Shown one piece after another: positions 47,171 to 56,567 of a stretch of DNA of 64,000 nucleotides (position 1 is the first letter of the stretch; every line of letters begins with the position of its first letter). The stretch lies in the NCBI GenBank assembly GCA_964577985.1, contig CAZOAR010000004.1, positions 6,470 to 70,469 on the forward strand, read 5' to 3'. Made by a program: the position numbers and the translations under genes. The notes under the pieces were generated by a model. It searched no databases and was not told where the DNA came from. It saw only the letters and a program-made list of their open reading frames with translations. The DNA is from an uncultured Gemmatimonadota bacterium. GTDB lineage: Bacteria; Gemmatimonadota; CAZMKB01; CAZNLH01.

Positions 47171-49023
47171 GGATGGAAGCCTTCCCGGGCGATCAATTTA
47201 CACTTGATATCCTTCTCCGCGAGCAACTCTTCGACGACCACGGACTGACGCTCGTTCTCAAAGGCACCTACGTAGAGATAAAAAGGTCCTTCCTCACCAC
47301 CCGACCAGATGGTGTAAGGATCCAGTCCCGGCTCCTCGATCATCTTACGTGCCTCTTCTGCCCCTTCCATCGAATCGAACTCTCCAAGAAGACAGGAAAG
47401 CCGTGAAGAGATTACCCTGCCTTCCGTGAATTCGCTCCTGACGGAAATCTCTTCGAGGATGGTCTCCGCCTCCGACTTCTCGCTGTAATACCCCGTCATC
47501 AGACGCGTCCAGCGACCTATACCCGTTATCTCGACCGGCACCAGATAGGCATCGAACCCGGCCTCCTGGAGAGCCATTCTCCCCTTCTCAGCCGCTGCTT
47601 GATTTTTGTACGAGGCAAGTACGAGCGAATATGGAAGGGGCTTGACCTGCCGGGAGGGACTACCCATGACATTCTCCGCCACCTGGCCGGTCGAGGCGGA
47701 TGGCGACTCAGGAGCGGCCTCCGTTCCATCGAATCCCCCTGCAGAAGAGGCTTCAGAACCGACCTGGCTGGTCGCCGCGTCCCGCCCCGGCTCAACCGGA
47801 GAGAATACGCCCTGGTTGTACATCACCCATCCAACAAACAATAGAGGTATGACAATGAGAAGCACGATCCATGACCTCCTGCCCGTGGCCACCTCACTTT
47901 CCCTCTCAGCACTGTTCGCTTCGCCCCCTTCTATCCCTGCACCCACGGCCTCAGCCACCTGTTCACCCAGCTCCTCTCGTTCAACTTCCTCTCCCCCTCC
48001 TGTCCCGCCGCTCGATTCATCCTCCCTCTCATTACCACCCGCGACGCCGCTTTCTCCACTCCCCACATCCGGTTCTGCGTCGGCGGCCACATCTTCAGCG
48101 TGTCCATCCTTTTCCATGAATGACTCTCCCCGGGATACAACGGAAACAGTCTCCTCCTCGGGGACTGTTTCGTCCACTCCTCCACTTTCCTCGACATATT
48201 GAGGTTGAACCTTCTTGAACGGGTATTCCAGCGGATTCGTCCAGATCACACCGACCACGTCCGACTTCCGTTTGACCTTCCTGAGCTCTTTCCTTACCCA
48301 TCTGTTGATCTTCTCTCCACTCGAGAAAAGGAGGAGAACTCCATCGACCTCAGGCATCAGCTCGCTGAGGTCAAATCCCTTTCCGGTGCCTGCATAGATC
48401 AACCCGACCACTCCAGGCGGAATCAACCGGTCGAGTGTGCTGCTCCATCCAAGCACTGAGAGTACATCGTCGGGGTCAGTCAGCAACCTCCCCGAGGGTA
48501 TGAATTTCAGCTCCGGGACACCCGTATCTCTTATGACATCCTCGGCATCGGTCCCCTTGAGGAGGTACTCAACCATGCCGGGGTTCCTGTCGACGTGGAA
48601 GACATCGTGCAACGCAGGCTCCTTCATGTCGAGATCGACGAGATATGTGACCAGATCTTCCGATGCAAGCGTTATCGCGAGATTGGCAGCGACTCGCCTC
48701 GATATCGAGGGGTCGCAATTCACGTTCATGAACAGTATCCTGAAGAGGGGTGTATCCCTCTCCGTGAAGAGGCGATAAAACATCTTGGTATATGGTTCGA
48801 CCAGGCGTGACTCTGTCGATTCAACTATGAGCGGGAGGTCGTGCACAGCGCCCGTGCCTTTCGCGGGGACATAGACCTCAAAGAAAGCGGCCTGCGGGTA
48901 CATCTTCCACAGTAGCCTCATCCCTTCACCTCCCAGGAATATCTTTTTCCTTGACCTGTGCAGTGGATTTTTCATTGTCGTTAACCTCGCCTCTGAGATT
49001 TGATGCCACGAAACTGAAGACAA
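47167..49023 (-). CDS. Fusion protein: degenerate BY-kinase/MinD-like P-loop domain (Walker A lost) + acidic linker + TM helix + two SPOR domains
   Basis: 618 aa. RILFMNVNCDPSISRRVAANLAITLASEDLVTYLVDLDMKEP aligns to BY-kinase KVI.VTS..PGEGKST.SANLAISLA....VLLIDADLRKP, with GEGKST replaced by DPSISR. A Glu/Gly-rich acidic tract follows, then a TM helix (WIVLLIVIPLLFVGWVMY). Two SPOR-like repeats come next: YSLVLASYKNQAAAEKGRMALQEAGFDAYLVP and FYLYVGAFENERQSVVV. The stop overlaps the smc start (ATGA). The exact start is uncertain. Confidence 0.55.
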   Translation of the reverse strand: MSSVSWHQISEARLTTMKNPLHRSRKKIFLGGEGMRLLWKMYPQAAFFEVYVPAKGTGAVHDLPLIVESTESRLVEPYTKMFYRLFTERDTPLFRILFMNVNCDPSISRRVAANLAITLASEDLVTYLVDLDMKEPALHDVFHVDRNPGMVEYLLKGTDAEDVIRDTGVPELKFIPSGRLLTDPDDVLSVLGWSSTLDRLIPPGVVGLIYAGTGKGFDLSELMPEVDGVLLLFSSGEKINRWVRKELRKVKRKSDVVGVIWTNPLEYPFKKVQPQYVEESGGVDETVPEEETVSVVSRGESFMEKDGHAEDVAADAEPDVGSGESGVAGGNEREDESSGGTGGGEEVEREELGEQVAEAVGAGIEGGEANSAERESEVATGRRSWIVLLIVIPLLFVGWVMYNQGVFSPVEPGRDAATSQVGSEASSAGGFDGTEAAPESPSASTGQVAENVMGSPSRQVKPLPYSLVLASYKNQAAAEKGRMALQEAGFDAYLVPVEITGIGRWTRLMTGYYSEKSEAETILEEISVRSEFTEGRVISSRLSCLLGEFDSMEGAEEARKMIEEPGLDPYTIWSGGEEGPFYLYVGAFENERQSVVVEELLAEKDIKCKLIAREGFHP

Positions 49024-49091
49024 TGAGAAACAACTGAATAACTAATGATCACCACCCCTCGTGCCGGCACGTGCCCGACTCCGCCGAATGA

Positions 49092-50162
49092 CTATGCACT
49101 CACGGGCCTCATCACGCTCCTCAGATATTCTCCGAGAGAGCCCACGGGAAGTTCTTTTCCCTTCACGACAAAGGGGCTGATCCCTTTGATTCGATTCAGC
49201 GAGAGCCTGCGGACCTCCTCCTCACGTACTATTGCAACCACATTTCCGCCGATCGAGGCCATCAAGAGTGCAAAGCCGATGTTATTCGTCAGGACGCAGT
49301 GGCATTCCTTCATGATGGAGGCGATCTTGGCTATCGTCTCCCTCGGCAGAACAATCACGTCATACGTTGGAAGATCCTCCCAGACGGAGCTGGAAATCCT
49401 GTTCTGCGCGAGGAGTATCTTCTTGGAAGGCAGCGTGTTGAGGTTCTTGAGGAGATTGGTCAACGTATCGTGGTTTGAGATGACCCCCTCCCTGCTGTCG
49501 TCGAGAAACACCCCGAGCAATTGATCCCTTTCTGGTTGCACGCTCAATCCGATGGTCTTCCACACCGTATTCACCCGGGCTTCTTCGCCTGGTAGATGGT
49601 AGATGTTATCCCCGGGATGAATATCGAGTATACTGAAAAGCGACCACATCCTGTGCAGAAAGGGCTTGTTCTCCTTCTCAGACCTGACCGATATGGAGTA
49701 TTTGAAGACCTTCGCGGGATCATAGAAACCGAGGGTTATCGAGGCTCCCGAGAGCGTAACGGGAAGATAGGTCTCAAGGTTATGTCGGTAAGACAAGTCT
49801 ATGGCAATATCGAACGATTCCGCTCTCAGTTGATCTACAAGGTCTCTCAATGACCGGCTGAAGGGATTCCTGGATCTGTTATCATAAAAGAAGAGTCTGT
49901 TGGTCCAGTAATCGCCTTCTATAACACTGCTGTACTCGCCGGGCGTGACTACGGCCACAGAGGCTGAGGGGTATCTCTTGCGCATACCTCTGATGAAAGA
50001 ACGAGAGAGAATCAGGCTGGCGAGTCCGCGTTCCGGGACAAAGACGAGCTTCCTGGCGGATTCCAGATCTCGAGCAAGAGAAAAAGCGCCATCAGGCCCT
50101 TCCGAGCCCAACAGGCGTTGATACGTCCCCATTAAAGCCTGATATACCAGCGTTCTTCCCAT
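49092..50162 (-). CDS. Glycosyltransferase family 9 (heptosyltransferase-like) protein
   Basis: 356 aa. GT-B fold with the GT9-like C-terminal part. Consistent with an LPS core glycosyltransferase. Confidence 0.6.
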   Translation of the reverse strand: MGRTLVYQALMGTYQRLLGSEGPDGAFSLARDLESARKLVFVPERGLASLILSRSFIRGMRKRYPSASVAVVTPGEYSSVIEGDYWTNRLFFYDNRSRNPFSRSLRDLVDQLRAESFDIAIDLSYRHNLETYLPVTLSGASITLGFYDPAKVFKYSISVRSEKENKPFLHRMWSLFSILDIHPGDNIYHLPGEEARVNTVWKTIGLSVQPERDQLLGVFLDDSREGVISNHDTLTNLLKNLNTLPSKKILLAQNRISSSVWEDLPTYDVIVLPRETIAKIASIMKECHCVLTNNIGFALLMASIGGNVVAIVREEEVRRLSLNRIKGISPFVVKGKELPVGSLGEYLRSVMRPVSA

Positions 50163-50285
50163 CTCCGGAGATCAAAAGGTTTATTTAGCACGGTATTAGA
50201 CTACAAGTCACCCGACTGTTTGTCAACGATTTTCCTGCCGCGGCACGCCGCTATTCCAGATGTCCGGTTCGGGAGAGTCACACCA

Positions 50286-50340
50286 CATAAAAAGGGAGAC
50301 TGAGATATCTCGAAGCAATATCGAGACAACCAGTCTCCCC
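50286..50340 (-). terminator. Rho-independent terminator (GGGAGACUG...CAGUCUCCC 9-bp outer stem with a 6-bp inner stem, followed by UUUUUAUGUG)
   Basis: Minus-strand reading. Located ~100 nt after the stop (50442) of the Tat-signal protein gene. Confidence 0.7.
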
Positions 50341-50441
50341 TCGATCCTTGAAGGTGGGGGACACCCTCAAGGTGATATGCTGAAATCAGTCTCTCCGCTT
50401 TTCCCTGGCGGTGGCATCCCGGGCGACCGTGGCATACGCCG

Positions 50442-51545
50442 CTATGTCAGATCGAGCTCTACATAGTCGATGTTGGAATAATTGCCATTGCCGTCCCTGT
50501 GTTCATGAACCCCCAGATGGTGATAGTCCATCGCGTCGTGCAGGTAGAAGTGGGACAGGAGGGGTATTCCCCGATACTCCTGCTCGGCGATAAGGTAGTC
50601 TATCATCACCGATTCGGTGGCCACCGGGTCCTGCCCTACAAAAATGCTGTTCGGGGTCGGGCCTCCCGGGAACGTCTCCCACTGCTGCGGGGGACCGTAT
50701 GGCCCGCCATTATATACTCCCCACAGCGCGTCACCGACTATCAGCCTGGTCTTGTTGTGGATGTTAGGCGTGGCATTCAGATCGCTCAGGTTGTAATCGA
50801 TTGGTGAGTGAAGATTAGCTGGACCCGGTTTCGTCGTCCCGAAGTGATTCTTGAAACCCATGGTGGCCAGAACGAAAATATGATCCTTGAAGAGCGAGAG
50901 ATCGATAACGTGGCTGGCCTGGGTCAGCACCTTCGGACAATACTGTGTAGCAATATTGCGAAACTCTATCGGGGCATCGTAATCCGCCGCCGCGAGAGGG
51001 TCGCCAGTCTGGACGAAGTTGACGTTCCAGTTTACCCTGTCACGAATTCGCCACTGATAGATGGGCCGGGAACAGTCGTAGACATAGATGTCCCCCGGGG
51101 GGATTCCCAGGATATCAATCAACCCGTGCAGTACAGCGTTTATGCTGGGCGCGGTCGCATCTATTTCGTTGCTCTGATTCGAATAGTTGTTGCAGTTGAT
51201 CTTGATCGCGAATTTTCCCCGGACCTGGTTACGCCCTCCGAGCAACTTAGTCCATGCTGCAAGGTCCGTGTTGGCCGCCATCAATTGCCTGACACCCTGG
51301 AGCAGCATTCTCCTGACCCGGGTCTCATCGACAAAGTCGAAGTAGTAGTTTGATGAGTAATCCCACCATGTGGCATTAGCATCATAGCTGCGGACAACCC
51401 TTGGGAGAGTCCTCTTTCTTCCCGGGACTTTCTGCTCGAGAGCACCGAGCCCGAGAGCCATCCCGACTGCCGCCCTGGATGAACTCCCTATGAATTCACG
51501 CCTGCTTATGCCGTTACGATTTCCGGAACTCTTCTTCTCTCCCAT
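50442..51545 (-). CDS. Tat-signal secreted protein, DUF362-like
   Basis: The first ATG gives MGEKKSSGNRNGISRREFIGSSSRAAVGMALGLGA, a twin-arginine signal. The mature domain shows DUF362-like features. The longer reading initiates at TTG. Confidence 0.45.
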   Translation of the reverse strand: MGEKKSSGNRNGISRREFIGSSSRAAVGMALGLGALEQKVPGRKRTLPRVVRSYDANATWWDYSSNYYFDFVDETRVRRMLLQGVRQLMAANTDLAAWTKLLGGRNQVRGKFAIKINCNNYSNQSNEIDATAPSINAVLHGLIDILGIPPGDIYVYDCSRPIYQWRIRDRVNWNVNFVQTGDPLAAADYDAPIEFRNIATQYCPKVLTQASHVIDLSLFKDHIFVLATMGFKNHFGTTKPGPANLHSPIDYNLSDLNATPNIHNKTRLIVGDALWGVYNGGPYGPPQQWETFPGGPTPNSIFVGQDPVATESVMIDYLIAEQEYRGIPLLSHFYLHDAMDYHHLGVHEHRDGNGNYSNIDYVELDLT

Positions 51546-51836
51546 ACGCTGCTCACGTCCTTTCAGCTGGAATATCAGGAACAGGCTTCCGAACAAGACG
51601 ATTCGATAAGCATTTTACCATAAAAAGGGAATATTGTCAACCAGAAGTTGAACAGGTGTCGATCAGCAACCTGGAGGCGACATACGACATCATACCGCAA
51701 CTCACTGTGCAGATTTCAGTTGCGGACTCCGCCGAGCAATATCCTTGTGACGAGTGATATCCGTTTCACGGCGCGAGTCCCGGCTCAGTCAGGATATGAA
51801 CGTTGGAATACCAGCCCCTCTGCTTGAGAGTCCTGT

Positions 51837-52868
51837 CTACCCATGGTCAAGGAGAGAACTTATATCCATGATGTAAATCGACATGAGCCGGCCGTCCGGG
51901 TCTTCCCGGTTCGAAGAAAAGTTTATCGTCTTTCCATCGGGTGAAAACGATGGATAAGCATCGAAGGCCTCGTTGTAAGTAACGCGAATCTGTTCTCTGC
52001 TCTCGACATTCATCAGGAACACCTCGAAATTATGTGGAGGGAGGTCTCTTACATAAAGAAAGTACCTGCCGTCCGGCGATGGATAAGGCGACCAGTTCAG
52101 CCCAGGGTCCGTAGTAATCTGGTGAAGCTCGGTGCCGTCCTGTTTTATCGTGTAGATCGTCATGGGTATCGGACGTTGGTGCTGATCCTCGACCTTCCAG
52201 GCTCGGAATATGATGTGCTCGCTGTCGGGAAGATAGAACGCCCCACCTTCCTGCCACTCCTCCGTGTCGGTGATCTGTAGTTCTCCACTCCCATCCGGAC
52301 GCATTCTCCACAGGTCCATTCGTCCGTCGATGAGCCTGCTGAACAAGACCCATTTACCGTCAGGTGAGACAGAAACCTCCGCGTCATAATATTCATTGTT
52401 TGTGAGCCGCTTCCTGTTGGAACCGTCCAGGTCGCAGGTGTAGAGTTCGGCGCCGGTTGGATAGCCCTCTATCCTCGAATAGTCTCCATGCGGCAGTTGA
52501 AGGTTGTCACGGGTGCTCGTGAAGATCAGTCTTCTTCCATCGGGAAAAAAGTAGGAGCAGGCGTCGTCGCCCTTGTCGTTGATGCGGAGGATCTCTGTGC
52601 CCGCCAGATCTGTTGTATATACATGGTATTCTTCCTCGCCCTCATCCAGGCGCGCGTTCATGATAAGATGTCTGCCGTCAGGCGAAAAATACGCCTCGGC
52701 GGCGGAGTAGAATCCCGGCACCTTGACCGCCGTCAGTTCCACGGATGCCCGGTCCTTCGCAGGTTCCTTTTTTCCTCCGCAGGAAAGGAAGAGGATTGTT
52801 GATACTGCAACCGGAAAGGCCCGACGCCACAACCTGCTCGAATCAGAAGAAAAACCCATTGCTGACAC
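51837..52868 (-). CDS. TolB-like PD40 beta-propeller lipoprotein
   Basis: 343 aa. Lipobox LFLSCGG. Repeated SPDG(R/K) ... F(S/T)S.R PD40/WD40-like motifs (FSPDGRHL, FFPDGRRLIFTSTRD, VSPDGKWVLFSR, SPDGRYFLY, FSPDGKTINFSSNRE). Confidence 0.75.
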   Translation of the reverse strand: MSAMGFSSDSSRLWRRAFPVAVSTILFLSCGGKKEPAKDRASVELTAVKVPGFYSAAEAYFSPDGRHLIMNARLDEGEEEYHVYTTDLAGTEILRINDKGDDACSYFFPDGRRLIFTSTRDNLQLPHGDYSRIEGYPTGAELYTCDLDGSNRKRLTNNEYYDAEVSVSPDGKWVLFSRLIDGRMDLWRMRPDGSGELQITDTEEWQEGGAFYLPDSEHIIFRAWKVEDQHQRPIPMTIYTIKQDGTELHQITTDPGLNWSPYPSPDGRYFLYVRDLPPHNFEVFLMNVESREQIRVTYNEAFDAYPSFSPDGKTINFSSNREDPDGRLMSIYIMDISSLLDHG

Positions 52869-52895
52869 TCCCTGTTGAATTGTAGACAGGAAAGA

Positions 52896-53450
52896 CTACC
52901 ATTTTCCGCTCACTGACAGTGCGTATCGCCCCTGAATCGCGGCAGGTATAACGGAAACATCGTGGAAAGAGGACGTAAGGCAGAGGCCGCTGGCAACCCC
53001 TATGGCCGCGCCCGCAACGACATCACTCACATAGTGCTTATCGGCGGCCACCCTGCTGTAACCCACAAAGGTCGCGCCAAGGTACGCGGGGACTGCGTAT
53101 TTCCAACCGTATCTGTTGTGGATAAAGGAGGCACCCTGGAAGGCGGCAGAGGTGTGGCCCGAGGGGAAAGAGGTGTGATCGCCTCCACCGGGTCGTTCTC
53201 TGCGGACCGAGTACTTCAGGCCATAGGTAACCCCCATGGTGAGAGCGAAAGATCTCAAGAACTGACCTCCTCCGGCCCGATCGCCCAGATAGAGAGTTGC
53301 TCCACAGGCCGTGGCGGGGATAATCACCTGCAGCAGGTCCCCGGCGGTTTCCGTCCCGCTGCCGCCGGCGCTGGCCACGCTTCGCGACGATAACAGGAAT
53401 ACGAACAGGATAAGAAATGAGTGCATCTTCATTGGCTTCATGTCATCCAT
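52896..53450 (-). CDS. PAP2-family (phosphatidic acid phosphatase type 2) membrane phosphatase
   Basis: The three PAP2 motifs are present: KYSVRRERPGG, PSGHTSAAF and SRVAADKHYVSDV. The start is ambiguous among several Met codons (MDDMKPMKMHSF...). Confidence 0.8.
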   Translation of the reverse strand: MDDMKPMKMHSFLILFVFLLSSRSVASAGGSGTETAGDLLQVIIPATACGATLYLGDRAGGGQFLRSFALTMGVTYGLKYSVRRERPGGGDHTSFPSGHTSAAFQGASFIHNRYGWKYAVPAYLGATFVGYSRVAADKHYVSDVVAGAAIGVASGLCLTSSFHDVSVIPAAIQGRYALSVSGKW

Positions 53451-53579
53451 AACAGTTCGTGTGTGGGATCCGTTGAAGGACGGCTGAATCTCCGGAAGCA
53501 TTAATGGAGCGAATACGTCCCCGAAACAGTGTCTGAGGCCGGGCCCTCTTCGAGACAAGACTCTCAGGCCGACGGTAAT

Positions 53580-54332
53580 CTACTTGCCCGAGTGTTTCCT
53601 CTTGTCCTTGATGTATATAACTTTTGAACGTCTGTTTTCGGAAATCCGCTCATCTATCTCGAACAGCTTCGTGGCCACAACAAGTTCACCGAGCCGTTTG
53701 TAGCCATAGTTGCGTGGATCAAATTCCGGAGACTGCTTGGCAATACTGCTTCCCACGCTTCCCAGGTGCGCCCATCCAACATCATCAGACGCCGTCTCCC
53801 ACGCGTTTCTCAGGAGAGTAACCAGTTTCGTGTCACCCTTCAGCTGGGCGGCCGTTTTTTTCACGGTCGCTCCATCATCCTCTTCGGGACTCAGGACCTC
53901 GATGTAGATGAATCTGTCACACGCCGAGACGAAGGATTTTGGCGTCTTGCGCTCACCAAATCCGTACACCACAAGCCCCTCCTCCCTGATTCGAGTTGCC
54001 AGGCGCGTAAAGTCGCTGTCGCTGGAGACAAGGCAGAATCCATCGAACCGCCTCGCGTAGAGCAAGTCCATCGCGTCAATGATCATGGCGCTGTCCGTAG
54101 CGTTCTTGCCCACCGTGTACCTGAACTGCTGGATCGGCTGGATGGAACATTCCAGGAGTACTGCCTTCCAGCTGCTCAGATTGGGCTTTGTCCAGTCTCC
54201 ATAAATTCGCTTCACGCTTGCCGTCCCGTATTTCGCCACCTCCGAAAGGATGGCCTCGGTGATCGAGGCCCGAGCGTTGTCCGCGTCGATCAGCACAGCC
54301 AGCATCGTATCCGTCTGTTCACCATTACTCAT
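53580..54332 (-). CDS. NYN (LabA-like PIN-fold) domain protein with C-terminal OST-HTH/LOTUS domain
   Basis: 250 aa. The NYN N-domain (LAVLIDADNA...CLVSSDSDF) carries the conserved acidic residues. The C-terminal region has an OST-HTH-like pattern (GWAHLGSVGSSIAK...GYKRLGELV). Confidence 0.7.
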   Translation of the reverse strand: MSNGEQTDTMLAVLIDADNARASITEAILSEVAKYGTASVKRIYGDWTKPNLSSWKAVLLECSIQPIQQFRYTVGKNATDSAMIIDAMDLLYARRFDGFCLVSSDSDFTRLATRIREEGLVVYGFGERKTPKSFVSACDRFIYIEVLSPEEDDGATVKKTAAQLKGDTKLVTLLRNAWETASDDVGWAHLGSVGSSIAKQSPEFDPRNYGYKRLGELVVATKLFEIDERISENRRSKVIYIKDKRKHSGK

Positions 54333-54466
54333 AGGACCTGCTCCTCCATTCTTGAACCCGCCTGCGCAATCTATATGAGATTCCTTGTTTTCCGATCTAT
54401 CCAGGACGATTTTTCATCCAGTTATTCTTATAATATTAGCTGTTTGCAACGAGACTTTCAATTGTT

Positions 54467-55615
54467 TCAATACAACTCATACTTCACCAGCCTGCCGTCG
54501 AGTCCTCCATTATAGAGCAGTCTCTTCCATGACGGCTTCAGTCCGAGGCTCTTTATATACTTCCTGTTGCCAAAGTATATGTATGCAGTAGAACCTTCAC
54601 AGCGTCTCTTGAGAAAATCACCGAACCTCCTGTAAAAACCGCTGAGGTCCTCGTTCCTGCCCATCCTGATCCCGTAGGGCGGATTGCATACGATTGTCTT
54701 TTCTCTCAGGTCGTTGATGTCAAAGACATCACGGACCTTGACGTCGATGACATGGCCGGTGTCGACGGATGCGCAGTTGAGCGTTGAGGCCTCGACCGAC
54801 TCCGCCGAGATATCACTCCCCGCCACAAGATCTCTTGACAACGACTTGATTCCCTCCTGCCCCTCTTTCTTTATCCTGCCCCACAGCGACGCGTCGAAAT
54901 CCGGAAGGTTCTCGAAGCCGAATTTCTCTCGCAGGATAGCCGGCGGCGTTCCGGATGCACGCAGATAACCCTCACAAAGCAGAGTCCCGGAACCGCAGAA
55001 TGGATCGTAGAGAGGCTGAGATCCTTCCCACCCGGAATATCTGATGATAGCCGCGGCAAGCGTCTCGATCAGGGGAGCGCGTATTGACTTTCTTCGGTAC
55101 CCGCGCCTGTGGAGCGAGCCACCGGAAGTATCCAGACTTATCGTCGCTTCATTATTTTCGACATGGAGGTTAATCCATACATCCGGGTCGATAGTATCTA
55201 TCGAGGGGCGCTCACCCGTGCTGTTGCGGAAACGATCGACGATTGCGTCCTTGAGCCGAAGGGCCGCGAACTTCGAGTGGTGGATGGAGCTGTGTGACAC
55301 CGCGGCGAACACCGCAAAGGTCCGAGAGGGGTCAAGAAAATCCTCCCATCCGAGCTCCATGGCTCGTTTGTACAGATATCTGTCCGAATGGCACGTGAAG
55401 GAGATCAGCGGGGCGAGTATGCGATTTATCAGACTGGAATGGAGATTAGCCGTGTAGAGGGCCTCCGGGTCCGCTGAGAAATGGATACCCCTGAAGCAGG
55501 GCTTTGTATCAGTCGCGCCGAGCGACAGGAGTTCCTCTTCCGCGATTTCCTTGATGTCATCGGCGACCTGGGCGAAATAGCGATTCGTCTTCTGATACCT
55601 GTAAGTATCCGGCAA
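54467..55615 (-). CDS. THUMP domain class I SAM-dependent RNA methyltransferase (RlmL/Trm14-like N2-guanine MTase)
   Basis: 382 aa. THUMP region followed by MTase motif I DPFCGSGT and catalytic motif IV NPPYG. Confidence 0.85.
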   Translation of the reverse strand: MPDTYRYQKTNRYFAQVADDIKEIAEEELLSLGATDTKPCFRGIHFSADPEALYTANLHSSLINRILAPLISFTCHSDRYLYKRAMELGWEDFLDPSRTFAVFAAVSHSSIHHSKFAALRLKDAIVDRFRNSTGERPSIDTIDPDVWINLHVENNEATISLDTSGGSLHRRGYRRKSIRAPLIETLAAAIIRYSGWEGSQPLYDPFCGSGTLLCEGYLRASGTPPAILREKFGFENLPDFDASLWGRIKKEGQEGIKSLSRDLVAGSDISAESVEASTLNCASVDTGHVIDVKVRDVFDINDLREKTIVCNPPYGIRMGRNEDLSGFYRRFGDFLKRRCEGSTAYIYFGNRKYIKSLGLKPSWKRLLYNGGLDGRLVKYELY

Positions 55616-55729
55616 TGCATTCTCATCCTTGATCGGAAGAAGACTTACTTCACGCGAGTGCCTGCGTCGAGACGCCCCCCGCTCACTCGAATCAGCAAAG
55701 AAGAGACCTTGCCCCGCGCAGAGAGATGT

Positions 55730-56491
55730 TCATTTTTCCAGGAACTGCCTCAGAAAAGATTCCACGGCCTTCCAGTAACCATTGCTATCCTCGAACTGCC
55801 TCCATAGCGCCCGCGATCCATGCTGGCCATTCGTTTCGGGAAGATAAGACGTCTTTTCCCCGGACGGCACGGCTTCGTATATGGCGGTCCACTTATCCAT
55901 TTCGTTCCCCGCTGAAGTAATGAACACCGGTATCCTGATTTTCTCCGCGGCCTCTTTGATCCAGGACACCGGTTTCCCTTCCCCCGAAAAATACTCTCCC
56001 GGCGAGAATGATACGACCGCATCCATCATTTTCGGATGGTCTCCAGCGATTCTCAGCACGAGTGATGAAGAATAGGAACTTCCCCACGCTATCACGCTGC
56101 CCGTAGCGTAATGTCCGCGCGCATACGTCAGGGCAGCCTCGATATCCTTCATCGCATCGAAATAGCCGGTGCCCCTGCCAGCGGCCCTCGCCATCTTCGC
56201 GGTCTCGTTGTCCACACCGTTTACCGTATTGCCGGATCGCTGGTCTATCGCCATGCAGTTGAAACCCAGACCGTTCAGCCGCGGGGCGATCTCCCGATAT
56301 TCTCCCCGGCTCCATCCCGCCTGGTGGAACAGGACGATGAAAGGCGTTGACTTCTCCTCATAAGGGGCGTAGACGTCAGCCGTTATCATCAGGCCATCAC
56401 CCGACGGGAAAGAGATAGTCATGTAGTCCCGCGCCGAATCGGCGACGGCTGAGGACGCGACAAGAATGACGAGAAGGTATAGTCGGCTCAT
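55730..56491 (-). CDS. Secreted alpha/beta hydrolase (dienelactone hydrolase-like)
   Basis: 253 aa with a signal peptide. Nucleophile elbow GSSYS (GxSxG) and downstream His/Asp candidates. Confidence 0.7.
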   Translation of the reverse strand: MSRLYLLVILVASSAVADSARDYMTISFPSGDGLMITADVYAPYEEKSTPFIVLFHQAGWSRGEYREIAPRLNGLGFNCMAIDQRSGNTVNGVDNETAKMARAAGRGTGYFDAMKDIEAALTYARGHYATGSVIAWGSSYSSSLVLRIAGDHPKMMDAVVSFSPGEYFSGEGKPVSWIKEAAEKIRIPVFITSAGNEMDKWTAIYEAVPSGEKTSYLPETNGQHGSRALWRQFEDSNGYWKAVESFLRQFLEK

Positions 56492-56567
56492 GATCTTCCT
56501 CAGCTACTCCTTCCTAAAGCGTGGTTCGAGTGCGTGCTTATACACGCAGAGCATTCCCGCATCGCTC

